Shown in pieces: positions 40,129 to 54,213 of a stretch of DNA of 64,000 bases; positions within the stretch are counted from its first letter, which is position 1, and each line of letters begins with the position of its first letter. This stretch comes from an uncultured Methylomirabilota bacterium (lineage in GTDB: Bacteria > Methylomirabilota > Methylomirabilia > Methylomirabilales > 2-02-FULL-66-22), in contig CAWJSJ010000002.1 in NCBI GenBank assembly GCA_963845565.1, forward strand, positions 1,344,001 through 1,408,000, read 5' to 3'. The notes under the pieces are model-generated. The model made no database searches, had not been told where the DNA came from, and saw only the letters and a list, made by a program, of their open reading frames with translations. A program made the position numbers and the translations under genes.

Positions 40129-41187
40129 ATGAGATCGGTCAGATTGGGCAAGACTGAGCTGTTGGTTTCCCGAGTTGGATTCGGGGGGATTCCCATCCAG
40201 CGGCTGACGGAAGCGGACGCGGTCAGCGTGGTGCAGCGGTGCCTCGACCTGGGTGTCACGCTCCTCGATACCGCCAACGGTTACACGACCAGCGAGGAGC
40301 GGATCGGCAAAGCCATCGTCGGCCGGCGGCACCAGGTAGTCATTGCCACCAAGACGGCTGCGCGAGACAGGTCCACCGCCCTCCAACACTTGGAGCTCAG
40401 CCTGAAGCGCCTGAACACCGATTACCTCGATCTCTGGCAGCTCCACAACGTCAGCACACCCGAGGCCTACGACCAGGTGCTCGGACCCGGCGGCGCCATG
40501 GAGGCGGCGCAGGAGGCCGTGCGGGCGGGGAAGATCCGACACATCGGCATCAGTAGCCATTCGCTGGACATGGCGCTGAAAGCCGTTCCCTCCGGTCGCT
40601 TCGAGACGATACAGTTCCCGTTCAACTTCGTCACCGATGAAGCCGCCAAGGAGTTGCTTCCGTTGACCCGGCGACACGATGTCGGGTTCATCGCCATGAA
40701 GCCGATGGCCGGCGGCATGCTGACCGACGCCCGCCTCACCATCAAACACCTGCTGCAGTTCGACAACGTCATCCCGGATCCCGGCATCCAGACGATCGAG
40801 GAGATCGAGGAGATCGCGGCGATCGTCAACGGACACTGGGAGTTGACCCCCCAGGAATGGCAGGAGATCGAGCGGATCCGGGGAGAGATGGAGACGCGTT
40901 TCTGTCGCCGCTGCGAATACTGCCAGCCCTGCCCCCAGAAGGTTCGCATCTCCACGGCGGTGAATGTCCAGAGCTTCTGGCGCCGGTTCCCTCCGGAGCG
41001 GTTCTTCGACGGGTTCGTGGCGGATGCCATCGAGAGTGTCCGGCGTGCGGCGACTGCGGCGAATGTGAGGACCGGTGCCCCTACCATCTACCGATCCGGG
41101 AAATGCTGGCCGAGAATTCGCCTTTTACGATCGGGTCGCCGCAGCGCGCGAGGCGAAGGGACGCTGAGGCTTTCCGCGCGTCGCTAA
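40129..41187 (+). CDS. Aldo/keto reductase with C-terminal 4Fe-4S dicluster (frameshifts ~41045, ~41125)
   Basis: GFGGIPIQR, DTANGY, CRRCEYCQPCP; second Cys motif in shifted frame. Confidence 0.88.
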   Translation: MRSVRLGKTELLVSRVGFGGIPIQRLTEADAVSVVQRCLDLGVTLLDTANGYTTSEERIGKAIVGRRHQVVIATKTAARDRSTALQHLELSLKRLNTDYLDLWQLHNVSTPEAYDQVLGPGGAMEAAQEAVRAGKIRHIGISSHSLDMALKAVPSGRFETIQFPFNFVTDEAAKELLPLTRRHDVGFIAMKPMAGGMLTDARLTIKHLLQFDNVIPDPGIQTIEEIEEIAAIVNGHWELTPQEWQEIERIRGEMETRFCRRCEYCQPCPQKVRISTAVNVQSFWRRFPPERFFDGFVADAIESVRRAATAANVRTGAPTIYRSGKCWPRIRLLRSGRRSARGEGTLRLSARR

Positions 41188-41278
41188 AGGCTATCCGTAG
41201 CCAACTCCTGCCTCACGGGTTTTTCAAGCGAAGGCCCCCATCGAATAGGTGCTGTCAGCCAGAGACAGCATCCGAGGG

Positions 41279-41317
41279 TTGACATTAGGCGGCAAGAAGT
41301 GGTAAGCAAGTGCTTAC
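41279..41317 (+). promoter_or_regulatory. Promoter with TetR-type operator
   Basis: TTGACA at 41279; palindrome GTAAGCA-AG-TGCTTAC 41302-41317. Confidence 0.65.
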
Positions 41318-41345
41318 TTACAATGAATCGAGAGCGAGGGACACC

Positions 41346-41948
41346 ATGCAGCAACGGGTTCCGAGGGAAGAGCGACGGCGACGGATCATCGAGTCGGCCG
41401 CCACGCTCTTTTCTCGGCGTGGATTTCGGGGGACCACCACGCGGGAAGTTGCGCAGGCGGTCGGGGTGAGCGAGGCGACCGTTTTCAAGCACTTCGCCAC
41501 CAAGGAGGATCTGTACACCGCCATCATCGAGGCCAAGGCACAGACACGGCAAGTGCTCGACGTGGTTTCCCCGCTCGCCGAGGCCCGGGACGACGCCGCG
41601 CTGCTCCGTGCGCTTGCCCGGGAGATGATCCTTCGTACGCAGGCCGATCCCACACTCATGCGGTTGCTGTTCTTCAGCGCGCTCGAGGGGCATGCGTTGG
41701 CGGATCTCTTCTTCCAGCGGCGCGTGCAGGCGCTCGACGACTTTCTCGGAAGATATATCGCCGACCGCGTCGCCGCCGGTGCGTTCCGCGCCGTCGACCC
41801 GATCTTGGCGGCGTGGAACTTCATCGGGATGGTCATCCAGTACCTGTTGCTGCAGGAGCTCTTTCACCAAAAGGCCCCACCCCATGTGACCGTGGAGCAG
41901 GCGATCGAGGAGATGGTCACCACGTTTCTCCAGGGAGTCCGACCGTGA
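41346..41948 (+). CDS. TetR/AcrR family regulator
   Basis: GFRGTTTREVAQAVGVSEATVFKHF. Confidence 0.94.
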   Translation: MQQRVPREERRRRIIESAATLFSRRGFRGTTTREVAQAVGVSEATVFKHFATKEDLYTAIIEAKAQTRQVLDVVSPLAEARDDAALLRALAREMILRTQADPTLMRLLFFSALEGHALADLFFQRRVQALDDFLGRYIADRVAAGAFRAVDPILAAWNFIGMVIQYLLLQELFHQKAPPHVTVEQAIEEMVTTFLQGVRP

Positions 41949-42216
41949 CGAGGCTTGGGCATTTGGGCGGGGCACGGATCGCCGTTGCCGTCGCGCTATG
42001 GGACGCGCTGGGCCTCGCCGTTGGCTGCTCGAGAGACAACAACGCAAACGCAACGTCGGCGAAGGCCGGTACGCCGCAGGCGACCATCCGCTGAGTTGGC
42101 CCAGGCGAAGCGCTCTCTGGACGGATCACATGGATCGCCCCAGGATCAATCCCAAGACCGGAACTTTCGCCATCGAAGCTACCGTCTCCAGCCCGGATGA
42201 CGCGTTACAGAGGTGA
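41945..42216 (+). pseudogene. Deleted remnant of an RND membrane-fusion protein gene
   Basis: Lipoprotein-like start (LAVGCS) joined to INPKTGTFAIEATV fragment. Confidence 0.5.
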
Positions 42217-42219
42217 CAC

Positions 42220-43573
42220 ATGCAACGCTTCGAAAACGTGAATGCACGTGGCAACCTCCTTGTGGTGTCGCATCGTTCTGGCTTGCGGTCTATGGCTGGG
42301 TGGCTGCAACTCCTCGACATCCGCCCCGCCGCCCCCGGTGCGCCGGAGGTGGCCACCGTGAACGGTCCAGACGGAACGGGTTGTGCTCACCACCGAGTCT
42401 GCCGGGTCGGACCTCCGCGTACTCGATGGCGGAGATCCGTCCGCAGGTGGGCGGCATCATCCAGAAACGCCTGTTCGAGGAAGGGGCGGAGATCAAGGCC
42501 GGGCAGGTGCTGTACCAGATCGATCCCGCGCCCCTGCAGGCCGCCTACGACAATGCTGCGGCGAACCTCGCCGCCGCCCGCAAGGCCGCCGACCGGGCGC
42601 GGGCCGCCCTGGCGGCGAGCCGCGCCGGCGTGGTGCGGCAGCAGGCCGTCCTCGAGAACGCGCGCACGAACCGGAAGCGATTCGAGGATCTCTTGGCGGA
42701 AGGCGCGGTCTCCGCCAGCCAGCGCGACCAGGCCGTGACCGACGCCGAACGTGGCCGAGGCCACCCTCCGTCTCCACCGAGGCGCAGGTGGAGAGCGACC
42801 GGGAAGCGGTGGCTGTGGCCGAGGCGGCCATCCAGCAGGCGGAGGCGGCACTGGAGACGGCCCGAATCAATCTGGGATACACCCGCGTCACCGCGCCCAT
42901 CGCCGGCCGCATCGGGAAATCCAGGTGACCGTGGGGGCCCTGGTCACGGCGGGCCAGCCGACCCCCCTCTAGCCACCATCCAGCAGCTCGATCCCATCTA
43001 CGTGGACGTGACCGAGTCCAGCGCCAATCTGCTGCGGCTCAGACAGAACCTGGCCGAGCGGCCGGCTCAAGGGCAATGGCGCCCAGCAGGCCAAGGTGAA
43101 GCTGCTCCTCGAAGACGGCATCGCCCTACCCGCTGGAGGGGACGCTGAAGTTCTCCGATGTCACCGTGGATCCCAGCACCGGATCGTTCATTCTGCGCAC
43201 GGTATTTCCGAACCCACAGCATGTGCTGCTGCCCGGCATGTACGTGCGCGCCATCGTCCAGGAAGGGTCTGGTCGAGCAGGCCATCCTGGTTCCGCAGCA
43301 GTCGGTTTCCCGCGATCCGAAAGGGAATCCCGTCGCGCTGGTCGTGGATGGCTCGGAGAAGGTCGAGCAGCGGAAGATCGTGGTCGATCGTGCCATCGGC
43401 GACAAATGGCTGATCAGCGAGGGGCTGGAATCCGGGAGATCGCCTGATCGTCGAGGGAATTCAAAAAGTGCGGCCCGGCACCTCCGTGAAGGTGGTCCCG
43501 TTCGAATGCCGGGCGAGCAGGAGAATCGCCGGAGGCCGCGAAGACTGCCCAACCGGCCACCAAAGCGAAATAG
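42220..43573 (+). pseudogene. AcrA/MexA-like periplasmic adaptor, many frameshifts
   Basis: AEIRPQVGGII, LYQIDP, TAPIAGRIG, IQQLDPIYVD, VDPSTGS, LLPGMYV across frames. Confidence 0.8.
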
Positions 43574-43586
43574 ACGGAGGCCATTC

Positions 43587-46500
43587 ATGCTCTCGAAATT
43601 CTTCCTGGATCGCCCGGTCTTCGCCTGGGTGATCGCCATCATCATCATGCTGGTGGGCGGCCTCGCCATCTACAATCTGCCCGTCTCGCAGTATCCTCCC
43701 ATCGCTCCCCCGTCGATCTACATCCAGGCCTTCTATCCCGGCGCCTCGGCGGAGACCGTGGAGAACAGCGTGACCCAGATCATCGAGCAGAAGATGACCG
43801 GCCTCGACAAGATGATCTACCTGTCCGCCACCAGCGATTCGGCCGGAGGCGCCCGCCTCGAGCTGACCTTCGCCCCGGGGACCGATCCGGACCTCGCCTG
43901 GTCCAAGGTGCAGAACAAGCTCCAACTCGCCATGGCCAGCCTGCCCGAGGTGGTCCAGCGCCAGGGGGTCACGGTCGGCAAGGCCACCCGGAACTATCTG
44001 ATCATCGTGGGCCTGATCTCGGAAGACGGCAGCATGGACGGCAACGACCTGCAGGGACTATGCCCAGTCCAACCTGGAGAAGGTGCTGGCCCGGGTGCCC
44101 GGCGTGGGCGAGGTGGAGAACTTCGGCTCCCAGTATGCCATGCGCATCTGGCTGAACCCCGACAGGCTGATCGATTACCGCCTGACGATCGAGGACGTTC
44201 TCGCGGCGCTCAAGTCCTACAACGTGGAGGTCTCGGCCGGCCAGTTCGGCGGGGCGCCGGCGGTGAAAGGGCAGCGCCTGAACGCCTCCATCATCGTGCA
44301 GAGCATGCTGAAGACCCCCGAGGAGTTCGCCGCCATTCCCGTCCGCATCAATCCGGACGGCTCCATCGTCCGGATCAAGGATGTGGGACGGGCGGAGCTG
44401 GGAACCGACGCCTACGATATCGAGGCCTTCTACAACGGCAAACCCTCCGCCGGCATGGCCATCCGGCAGGCGGCGGGCGCGAACGCCCTGGATACGGCCG
44501 ATGCGGTCAAGGCCAAGATGACGGAGATGAGCCGCTACTTCCCTCCGGGGATGAAGGTCGTCTATCCCTACGACACCACCCCCTTCGTCAGGGTGGCCAT
44601 CGAGGAGGTGGTCAAGACCCTCTTCGAGGCCATCCTGCTGGTGTTCCTGGTCATGTGGCTGTTCATGGGGAACATCCGGGCCACCCTGATCCCGACCATC
44701 GCGGTGCCGGTGGTGCTCCTGGGGACCTTCGCCGTGCTGGGGTTCTTCGGCTTCTCCATCAACATGCTGACCATGTTCGCCATGGTGCTCTCCATCGGTC
44801 TTCTGGTGGACGATGCCATCGTGGTGGTGGAGAACGTGGAACGGATCATGAGCGAGGAAGGGCTTTCGCCGAAGGAGGCCACGCCGGAAGTCCATGGAGC
44901 AGATCACCAGCGCCCTGATCGGCATCGGGCTGGTGCTCTCGGCGGTCTTCGGCCCCATGGCCTTCTTCGGCGGCTCGACCGGCGTCATCTATCGCCAGTT
45001 CTCCGTGACCATCATCGCCTCCATGCTCCTCTCGGTGGTGGTGGCCTTGATCCTGACGCCCGTCCTCTGCGCCTCGCTCCTCAAGCCGGTGCAGGCCGGG
45101 CACGAGCCCGCGGAGAATGCCATCTGGTTCCTGCGGCCCTTCTTCGCCTGGTTCGACCGCGTCTTCTTCCGGCTCCGCGACCGGTACGTCAAGATCGTCG
45201 AACGCTCCTTCTCCAGGAAGCTGCGCTACGCCGTCGTCTATGTCGTGATCGTGGCGGCCGTGGGATTCCTCTTCCTTCGCCTGCCCACGTCCTACGTTCC
45301 CGACGAAGATCAGGGGATCCTGCTCTCCAAGGTCATGCTGCCCACCGGCTCCACCCTGGAGCAGACCAAGCAGGTCGTGCTCAGACGTGCAGCGGCATTT
45401 CCAGGAGAACGAGAAAGAGGCGGTGGAATCCTGCATGACGATTTCCGGCATCGGCTTCTCCGGACGGGCCCAGACCAACGGCCTGGTCTTCGTCAAGCTC
45501 AAGGATTGGCATCTCCGCAATCGGCCGGACCTGAAGGTGAAGGCCATTGCGGAACGGGCCACGAAGGCCTTCTCCCAGATCCGCAACGCCCTGGTGTTCG
45601 CCTTCCCGCCCCCGTCGGTGATCGAGCTGGGAACCGCCACCGGGTTCGACTTCCAGCTCCTGGACCGGGGCGGACTCGGCCACGAGAAGCTGATGGAGGC
45701 CCGCAACCAGCTCCTCGGCATGGCGGCCAAGGACGCGCGCCTGACCAAGGTCCGGCCCAACGGCATGGAGGATGTGCCCGAATACCGGGTGGACGTGGAC
45801 TGGGAACGAGCCGGCGCCCTCGGGGTCCCCATCACCTCCATCCACAACACCATCTCGGCGGCCTTCGGCAGCGCCTATGTCAACAACTTCATCCAGGGCG
45901 GGCGGGTCAAGCGGGTCTTCCTCCAGGCGGACGCCCCCTACCGCATGCTGCCCAAAGACATCGAGAAGCTCTACGTGCGGAATACCACGGGGAAGATGGT
46001 CCCCTTCTCGCTCTTTCGCCACCGCCCACTGGTCGAGCTGGCTCCCCACGGCTCGAGCGCTTCAATGGCTTTCCGTCCATGAACATCCAGGGGGAGCCGG
46101 CACCGGGGAAGAGCTCCGGTGAGGCGATGCAGGCCATGGAAGAGATCGTCGCGAAACTGCCCCAGGGGATCGGCTATGAATGGACCGGGCTCTCCTATCA
46201 GGAGCGGATGGCGAAGCTCGCAGGCGCCCCTGCTGTATGCCTTTTCCGTCATCGTCATCTTCCTGTGCGTGGCGGCCCTGTACGAGAGCTGGCCGATCCC
46301 GATCGCCAATCTGCTGATGCTGCCCTTGGGCGTATTCGGTGCGGCGCTGGCCACCTGGTCGCGGGGCATGCACAACGATGTCTATTTCCAGATCGGGTTT
46401 CTCACCACGCTCGGCCTGACGACCAAGAACGCCATCCTGATCATCCAGTTCGCCCAGGAGCGGATGGCGCACGGAGAAGGACTGATCGAGGCGACCCTGG

Positions 46501-46772
46501 GGGCGGTCCGGGTGAGATTCCGACCGGTCATCATGACCTCGCTGGCGTTTTTCTTCGGCGTCCTGCCGCTGGCCATCGCCACGGGCGCCGGTGCCGGCGC
46601 CATGAAGGCCATCGGCACCGCCGTGACCGGCGGGATGCTCTCCGCCACCTTCATCGATCTCTTTTACATCCCGCTGCTCTTTGTCGTCGTGTCCCGGCTC
46701 TTCGGAGGAAAGCAACCCCAGACAATCGGTGGGCAACATCCTGATGCCCTCGGGTCGCAGCACGTGCAGTGA
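43587..46772 (+). pseudogene. AcrB/MexB-like RND efflux permease, ~6 frameshifts
   Basis: [39 protein letters not shown]; breaks ~44055, 44885, 45385, 46015, 46045, 46215. Confidence 0.88.
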
Positions 46773-47159
46773 CCGGGATGGGGAAGAGCGGTACAACATT
46801 CCGGTCTTCTATATCGCTCTTCGACGATCTGCGGTGCCTGCCCGGATGCGGCCCTTCGGACATCCGGGACCCAGCCCGCGCACGCCTCCGTCTGGGCCAC
46901 GACGGTCCCAAGGTCTGATTGACCGCCTTCGCTTAGAGTGATATCGCTTAGGGGAATAAAGGCCGACGGCGCTTCGTCCGAAACCGGCCGGGTCGAGTCT
47001 GTGCTGGTGTGTCCGCAATTCCGCGGATGTCTTGTAGAATCGTCTAGGTCTTCCATTTCACTATCTCGGGACTCGGCCCGCAACCGCTCGGGGCGGTGCG
47101 CGGAGAGGCGAGAGGTGGGCGACTGGGTCAGACGACGGAGGGTGCGATCATGACCAAGC

Positions 47160-49910
<2,751 letters not shown>

Positions 49911-50125
49911 CCGCCGCCAGCGCGGAGGGATAAGCGGACGGGAGCGGCCGGCGTCACGGCGGCGCGGTGTTCACACACGCCCTGCAGGAAGCCGCAGTCC
50001 TGGATGCGCTGCAGGCGGCGAACCGACTTCGGATCGAGGAGGGGAGGCTCCTCTTGGAGAGCGCGAATGGCGGGACTCGATTGACGTTCGCGCGGTGACC
50101 TTGACGGTGGAAGGAGGCGACCACC

Positions 50126-51604
50126 ATGAACTGGCCGAAGCATCCCGTCATCTACGAGATCAACACCTGGGTGTGGCTGTATGAGATCAGCCAGAGACTC
50201 GGCCGGCCGGTCACCCTGGGGAGCGTGCCCGCGGAGAACTGGGATGCGCTCGGTGAACTTCAGGCGGACGCCGTCTGGTTGATGGGCGTGTGGGAACGCA
50301 GCCCGATCGGCCTCGGCATCGCCCGGACCCACGCGGGATTGCAGATCGATTTCCGGCGGGCCTTGCCCGACTTCGCGCCGACGGACAACGTGGGGTCGCC
50401 CTACTGCATCCGCCGTTACGCAGTGGATGCGCACCTCGGCGGCCCAGGCGGCTTGGCGGCGGCGCGGAAGGAGCTCGCCGTTCGCGGGCTGCGGCTGATG
50501 CTGGATTTCGTGCCCAACCACGTTGCGCCGGATCACGCTTGGGTGGCGGCGCATCCCGAGTACTTCATCCGGGGGACCGTCGCGGATCTGGCGCGCGCGC
50601 CGGGACACTTCTTCGAAGCCGACGGTGCGGTCTTTGCGTGTGGGCGCGATCCGTACTTTCCCCCGTGGCAGGACGTCCTGCAGCTCAACGCGTTCTCGCC
50701 GGCGTTGCGCCAGGCGGCCGTCCAGGCACTCCACGACATTGCAAACCAGTGCGACGGGGTGCGCTGCGACATGGCCATGCTGCTGATCAACCGGGTCTTC
50801 GAGCAGACCTGGGGCGCTCGGGCGGGCCAGGCTCCTGCCGGCGAGTACTGGCGCGAGGTGGTTTCCGCGATCCGGGCGCACCACCCCGGGTTCCTGTTCA
50901 TGGCCGAGGCGTACTGGGACCTGGAGTGGGAGCTCCAGCAGCAGGGCTTCGATTATTGCTACGACAAACGCTTGTACGACAGACTGGAGCACGACTTCGC
51001 CGAGCAGATCCGGCTCCACCTCGCGGCCGACCTCGCCTACCAGGAAAAACTGGTCCGCTTCATCGAGAATCACGACGAGCCCCGGGCGGCGGCCACCTTC
51101 GTGGAGTGCAAGGCGCGGGCCGCAGCCACAACGATCCTCACGCTGCCGGGGGCGAAACTGCTCCACGAGGGGCAACTCGACGGCCGGCGCGTCAAGCTCC
51201 CCGTTCAGCTCGCGCGGCGGCCGGCGGAGCCGCCCGACGCCGACCTCCAGGAGTTCTATGCTCGCCTGCTTCGCGTCATTCGCACGCCGGCCCTCCGCGA
51301 CGGGGAGTGGCGGCTCTGCGAGCGCAGCGGGTGGCCGGACAATCAGAGCTGTCTCAACCTGGTCGCCTGGTGCTGGCGCCTGGGAGACGACCGCCGTCTG
51401 ATCGTCGTCAATTTGTCGGAGGAGTCGTCACAGGGTCTGATCAGAGTACCCTGGGATGACCTGGCAGACCGTTCGTGGCGGCTCGCCGACCTGCTGACGC
51501 AGTCCGTGTATGAGCGGAACGGTATGGAAATGCAGGACGCAGGGCTGTATGTAGACCTCGGCCCCTGGCGCGCCCATTTTCTGGCGTTCAATGCCCGCCC
51601 CTGA
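50126..51604 (+). CDS. GH13 alpha-amylase-family protein
   Basis: LDFVPNH, DGVRCDMA, AEAYW, ENHDE. Confidence 0.92.
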   Translation: MNWPKHPVIYEINTWVWLYEISQRLGRPVTLGSVPAENWDALGELQADAVWLMGVWERSPIGLGIARTHAGLQIDFRRALPDFAPTDNVGSPYCIRRYAVDAHLGGPGGLAAARKELAVRGLRLMLDFVPNHVAPDHAWVAAHPEYFIRGTVADLARAPGHFFEADGAVFACGRDPYFPPWQDVLQLNAFSPALRQAAVQALHDIANQCDGVRCDMAMLLINRVFEQTWGARAGQAPAGEYWREVVSAIRAHHPGFLFMAEAYWDLEWELQQQGFDYCYDKRLYDRLEHDFAEQIRLHLAADLAYQEKLVRFIENHDEPRAAATFVECKARAAATTILTLPGAKLLHEGQLDGRRVKLPVQLARRPAEPPDADLQEFYARLLRVIRTPALRDGEWRLCERSGWPDNQSCLNLVAWCWRLGDDRRLIVVNLSEESSQGLIRVPWDDLADRSWRLADLLTQSVYERNGMEMQDAGLYVDLGPWRAHFLAFNARP

Positions 51605-51644
51605 GGCGAGCGGGCCCAGAAGGAAGGCAGAATTGGTGACCAAG

Positions 51645-54110
51645 ATGACCTGGGGACGGTGTTGGTGGGCACGGCACGTGTTCGCGTGTGTCGGCGTGGG
51701 CCTCTCTGTGTGGTTGGGCGGCCTCGCCCTCGCCCAGCAATCACCGCCCTCCGGGCCGGACACGGCGGCGATCCCTCTCGTGGACCTTCCTGGCCGCGCC
51801 GAAGAGGCCGAGAGGCTACTCAAGGAGGCGGAAGCCCGGGCCACAGTGCCCAGCGAGGTGCAAGCCATCGAGGCCAGGGTCCCGGAGACCGCGGCCAGAC
51901 TCAAGGAGGGGCTTGCCTCGATCCAGGAACGGCTGCAAGCGGGCCTGCCTCTGGCACAGCTCGAGCTGGTCACCACGGAATGGGGCGGGGTTCGGGCGGA
52001 CATCGCCGCCGAACTCGCCACCCTCGCAAAGCGGGCCGGGCAACTGGACCGAGACCTCGACCAGATCCGTGGACTTCGCACGGAGTGGGAGCGTGCGCGC
52101 GAGGATGCCCGGAAAGGGAAGGCACCGCGGTCGCTCTTGGATCGGATCGAGCTGATCCTGGTCCGAGCACGGACCGTTCAAGGGGAGATGGAGTCCCGTC
52201 GCGCCAACCTGCTGATCCTCCAGGGCCGCGTGTCCCAGGGCCAACGACTCTGTGACGACCTGTTGGACCGACTTGCCGATGCCAAGCGGGCGCGGGTGGA
52301 CGAGCTGAACGTGAAGGACGCGCCACCCGTGTGGAGTCCGAGACTCTGGACTGGCGTCTGGAACGAGCTGTCGTCTGGGATTGGCGGGCTGGTCATCGGG
52401 GGCGGTGAACCGCTGCGGACGGCACTTTTCCGGGGCGACTGGCGACCGACGATTCATCTCTTCCTTCTCGGCGTCTTGCTCATCGTCTTCGTGCGGTTGC
52501 GAGGCATGACCCGCGCGTGGTCCGATGCGGAGCGACCGGCCATCCTGTCGTCCTCGATTCTTGAGCGGCCGATCTCCTCGGCGCTGGTCGTCTGGTTGTT
52601 GCTCAGCCCGGCGATCTATTCCCGAGAATCCTGGGCCGTGCTGTACCTGGTCAGCATCCTCAGCGCCGTGCCGGTCATGCGAGTGGCCAGATACGCCGCG
52701 CCCACCGCGACGGAGATCAACCCGTATGTCTTTGCCGCGCTCTTCATGGTGGATCGCATACGCGTGCTCCTGCCGGACACCACGTTTCTGGACCAGGTGA
52801 TCTTCCTCGCGGAGATGACGGCGGCGGCACTGCTTGCCTTCTGGGCCTTCCGAACCTCCGGGCTGGGCGGCCGCAAGACCGCACGCGCCAACGGCACCTC
52901 CGGGCCGGGCCTGGCAACCATGTTCCGGTTGGGATTCCTCGTCATGGGCTTTGCCGCGCTGGTCGGTGGGCTGGGATTCATGGATCTGGCCCGACTCGCG
53001 GGCATGGGCGCCCTCGGGAGTTGCTTTGCCGGATTGGCGATCGTTGCGGGCATCCACATCGCCAGGGGGCTCATTTCCTGTGCGCTCCATCTCTGGCCGC
53101 TACGCCAACTGGCATCGGTCGCCCGCCATCGCGCCCGTCTGGAGGGATTGGCCGGTCGCGTCCTGACCTGGATCGGGGTCATCGCCTGGTCGCTCGCGTC
53201 GTTTCGCGCGTTCACTGTTCTGGACGACGCGGTGGGGCTGTTACGCCCGATCCTCTTGACGGAATGGGGATGGGGCGCCGTGCGGATGTCCCTGGGGGAC
53301 CTGCTCCTCTTCACGCTGGTGGCCTGGCTGTCCTTCGTGGTATCCAACGGTATCCGGTTCCTGCTGGAGGAAGACGTCTTTCCCCGGGTCCAACTCGCGA
53401 AGGGGCTGCCTCTGGCGCTATCGCGGATGGCCCAGTATGCGATCCTGTTCGTCGGGTTCTCCATGGCGCTGGGCGTCCTCGGCCTGGATCTGACCAAGGT
53501 GACGATCCTGGCGGGTGCGGTCGGTGTCGGCGTCGGGTTCGGACTCCAGACCATCGTCAACAACTTCATCTCCGGTCTGATCCTCCTCTTCGAGCGGCCC
53601 ATCCGCGTCGGGGACGCCATCCAGATCGGGGAGTTTCAGGGCGAAGTGCGCCGCATCGGCATTCGTGCGAGCACGGTGCGGACCTGGGAAGGCGCCGACG
53701 TGATCGTCCCGAATTCGCATCTCGTCTCGGAGCGCGTAGCCAACTGGACATTCGCGGAGCCCATGCGGCGGATGGACATCCGGGTCGGCGTGGCATACGG
53801 CACGGACCCCCAGCGAATGATCGATCTGCTGCTCCGGGTGGCGGCGGAACACGCGAAGGTGCTGCGCGAGCCAGGACCGGTGGCCCTCTTTCTCGGGTTC
53901 GGGGAGAGCGCCTTGAATTTCGAGCTGCGGGCCTGGACGGACTGGGTCGGCGAATGGGTGCTGATTCGGAGCGAGCTCACGGTTGCCGTGAACGCGGCGT
54001 TGGCCAAAGCCGGGATCGCCATCCCATTCCCGCAGCGGGACGTCAGGGTGCGGATGGTGGGGGAGGTACCACCCGGTCCGGCGGCAGGCGACACAGGCAC
54101 AGGCGGTTAG
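51645..54110 (+). CDS. Large MscS/MscK-like mechanosensitive channel
   Basis: Coiled-coil N-terminus, TM region, GVGFGLQ..NFISGL, VPNS, IPFPQ. Confidence 0.92.
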   Translation: MTWGRCWWARHVFACVGVGLSVWLGGLALAQQSPPSGPDTAAIPLVDLPGRAEEAERLLKEAEARATVPSEVQAIEARVPETAARLKEGLASIQERLQAGLPLAQLELVTTEWGGVRADIAAELATLAKRAGQLDRDLDQIRGLRTEWERAREDARKGKAPRSLLDRIELILVRARTVQGEMESRRANLLILQGRVSQGQRLCDDLLDRLADAKRARVDELNVKDAPPVWSPRLWTGVWNELSSGIGGLVIGGGEPLRTALFRGDWRPTIHLFLLGVLLIVFVRLRGMTRAWSDAERPAILSSSILERPISSALVVWLLLSPAIYSRESWAVLYLVSILSAVPVMRVARYAAPTATEINPYVFAALFMVDRIRVLLPDTTFLDQVIFLAEMTAAALLAFWAFRTSGLGGRKTARANGTSGPGLATMFRLGFLVMGFAALVGGLGFMDLARLAGMGALGSCFAGLAIVAGIHIARGLISCALHLWPLRQLASVARHRARLEGLAGRVLTWIGVIAWSLASFRAFTVLDDAVGLLRPILLTEWGWGAVRMSLGDLLLFTLVAWLSFVVSNGIRFLLEEDVFPRVQLAKGLPLALSRMAQYAILFVGFSMALGVLGLDLTKVTILAGAVGVGVGFGLQTIVNNFISGLILLFERPIRVGDAIQIGEFQGEVRRIGIRASTVRTWEGADVIVPNSHLVSERVANWTFAEPMRRMDIRVGVAYGTDPQRMIDLLLRVAAEHAKVLREPGPVALFLGFGESALNFELRAWTDWVGEWVLIRSELTVAVNAALAKAGIAIPFPQRDVRVRMVGEVPPGPAAGDTGTGG

Positions 54111-54213
54111 GAGCCGTTACGAAATAACCTGTCCAATTCATGTAATTTCGTTTCGGCTCCTTATGCCGTTTCCGAAATTTCTCCGGGCAAGTTATTTTTT
54201 GACAACGGCTTAG
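54107..54213 (-). repeat. Repeat family B, copy 5
   Basis: Fills the mscS/thyX gap and overlaps both stop codons. Confidence 0.9.
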
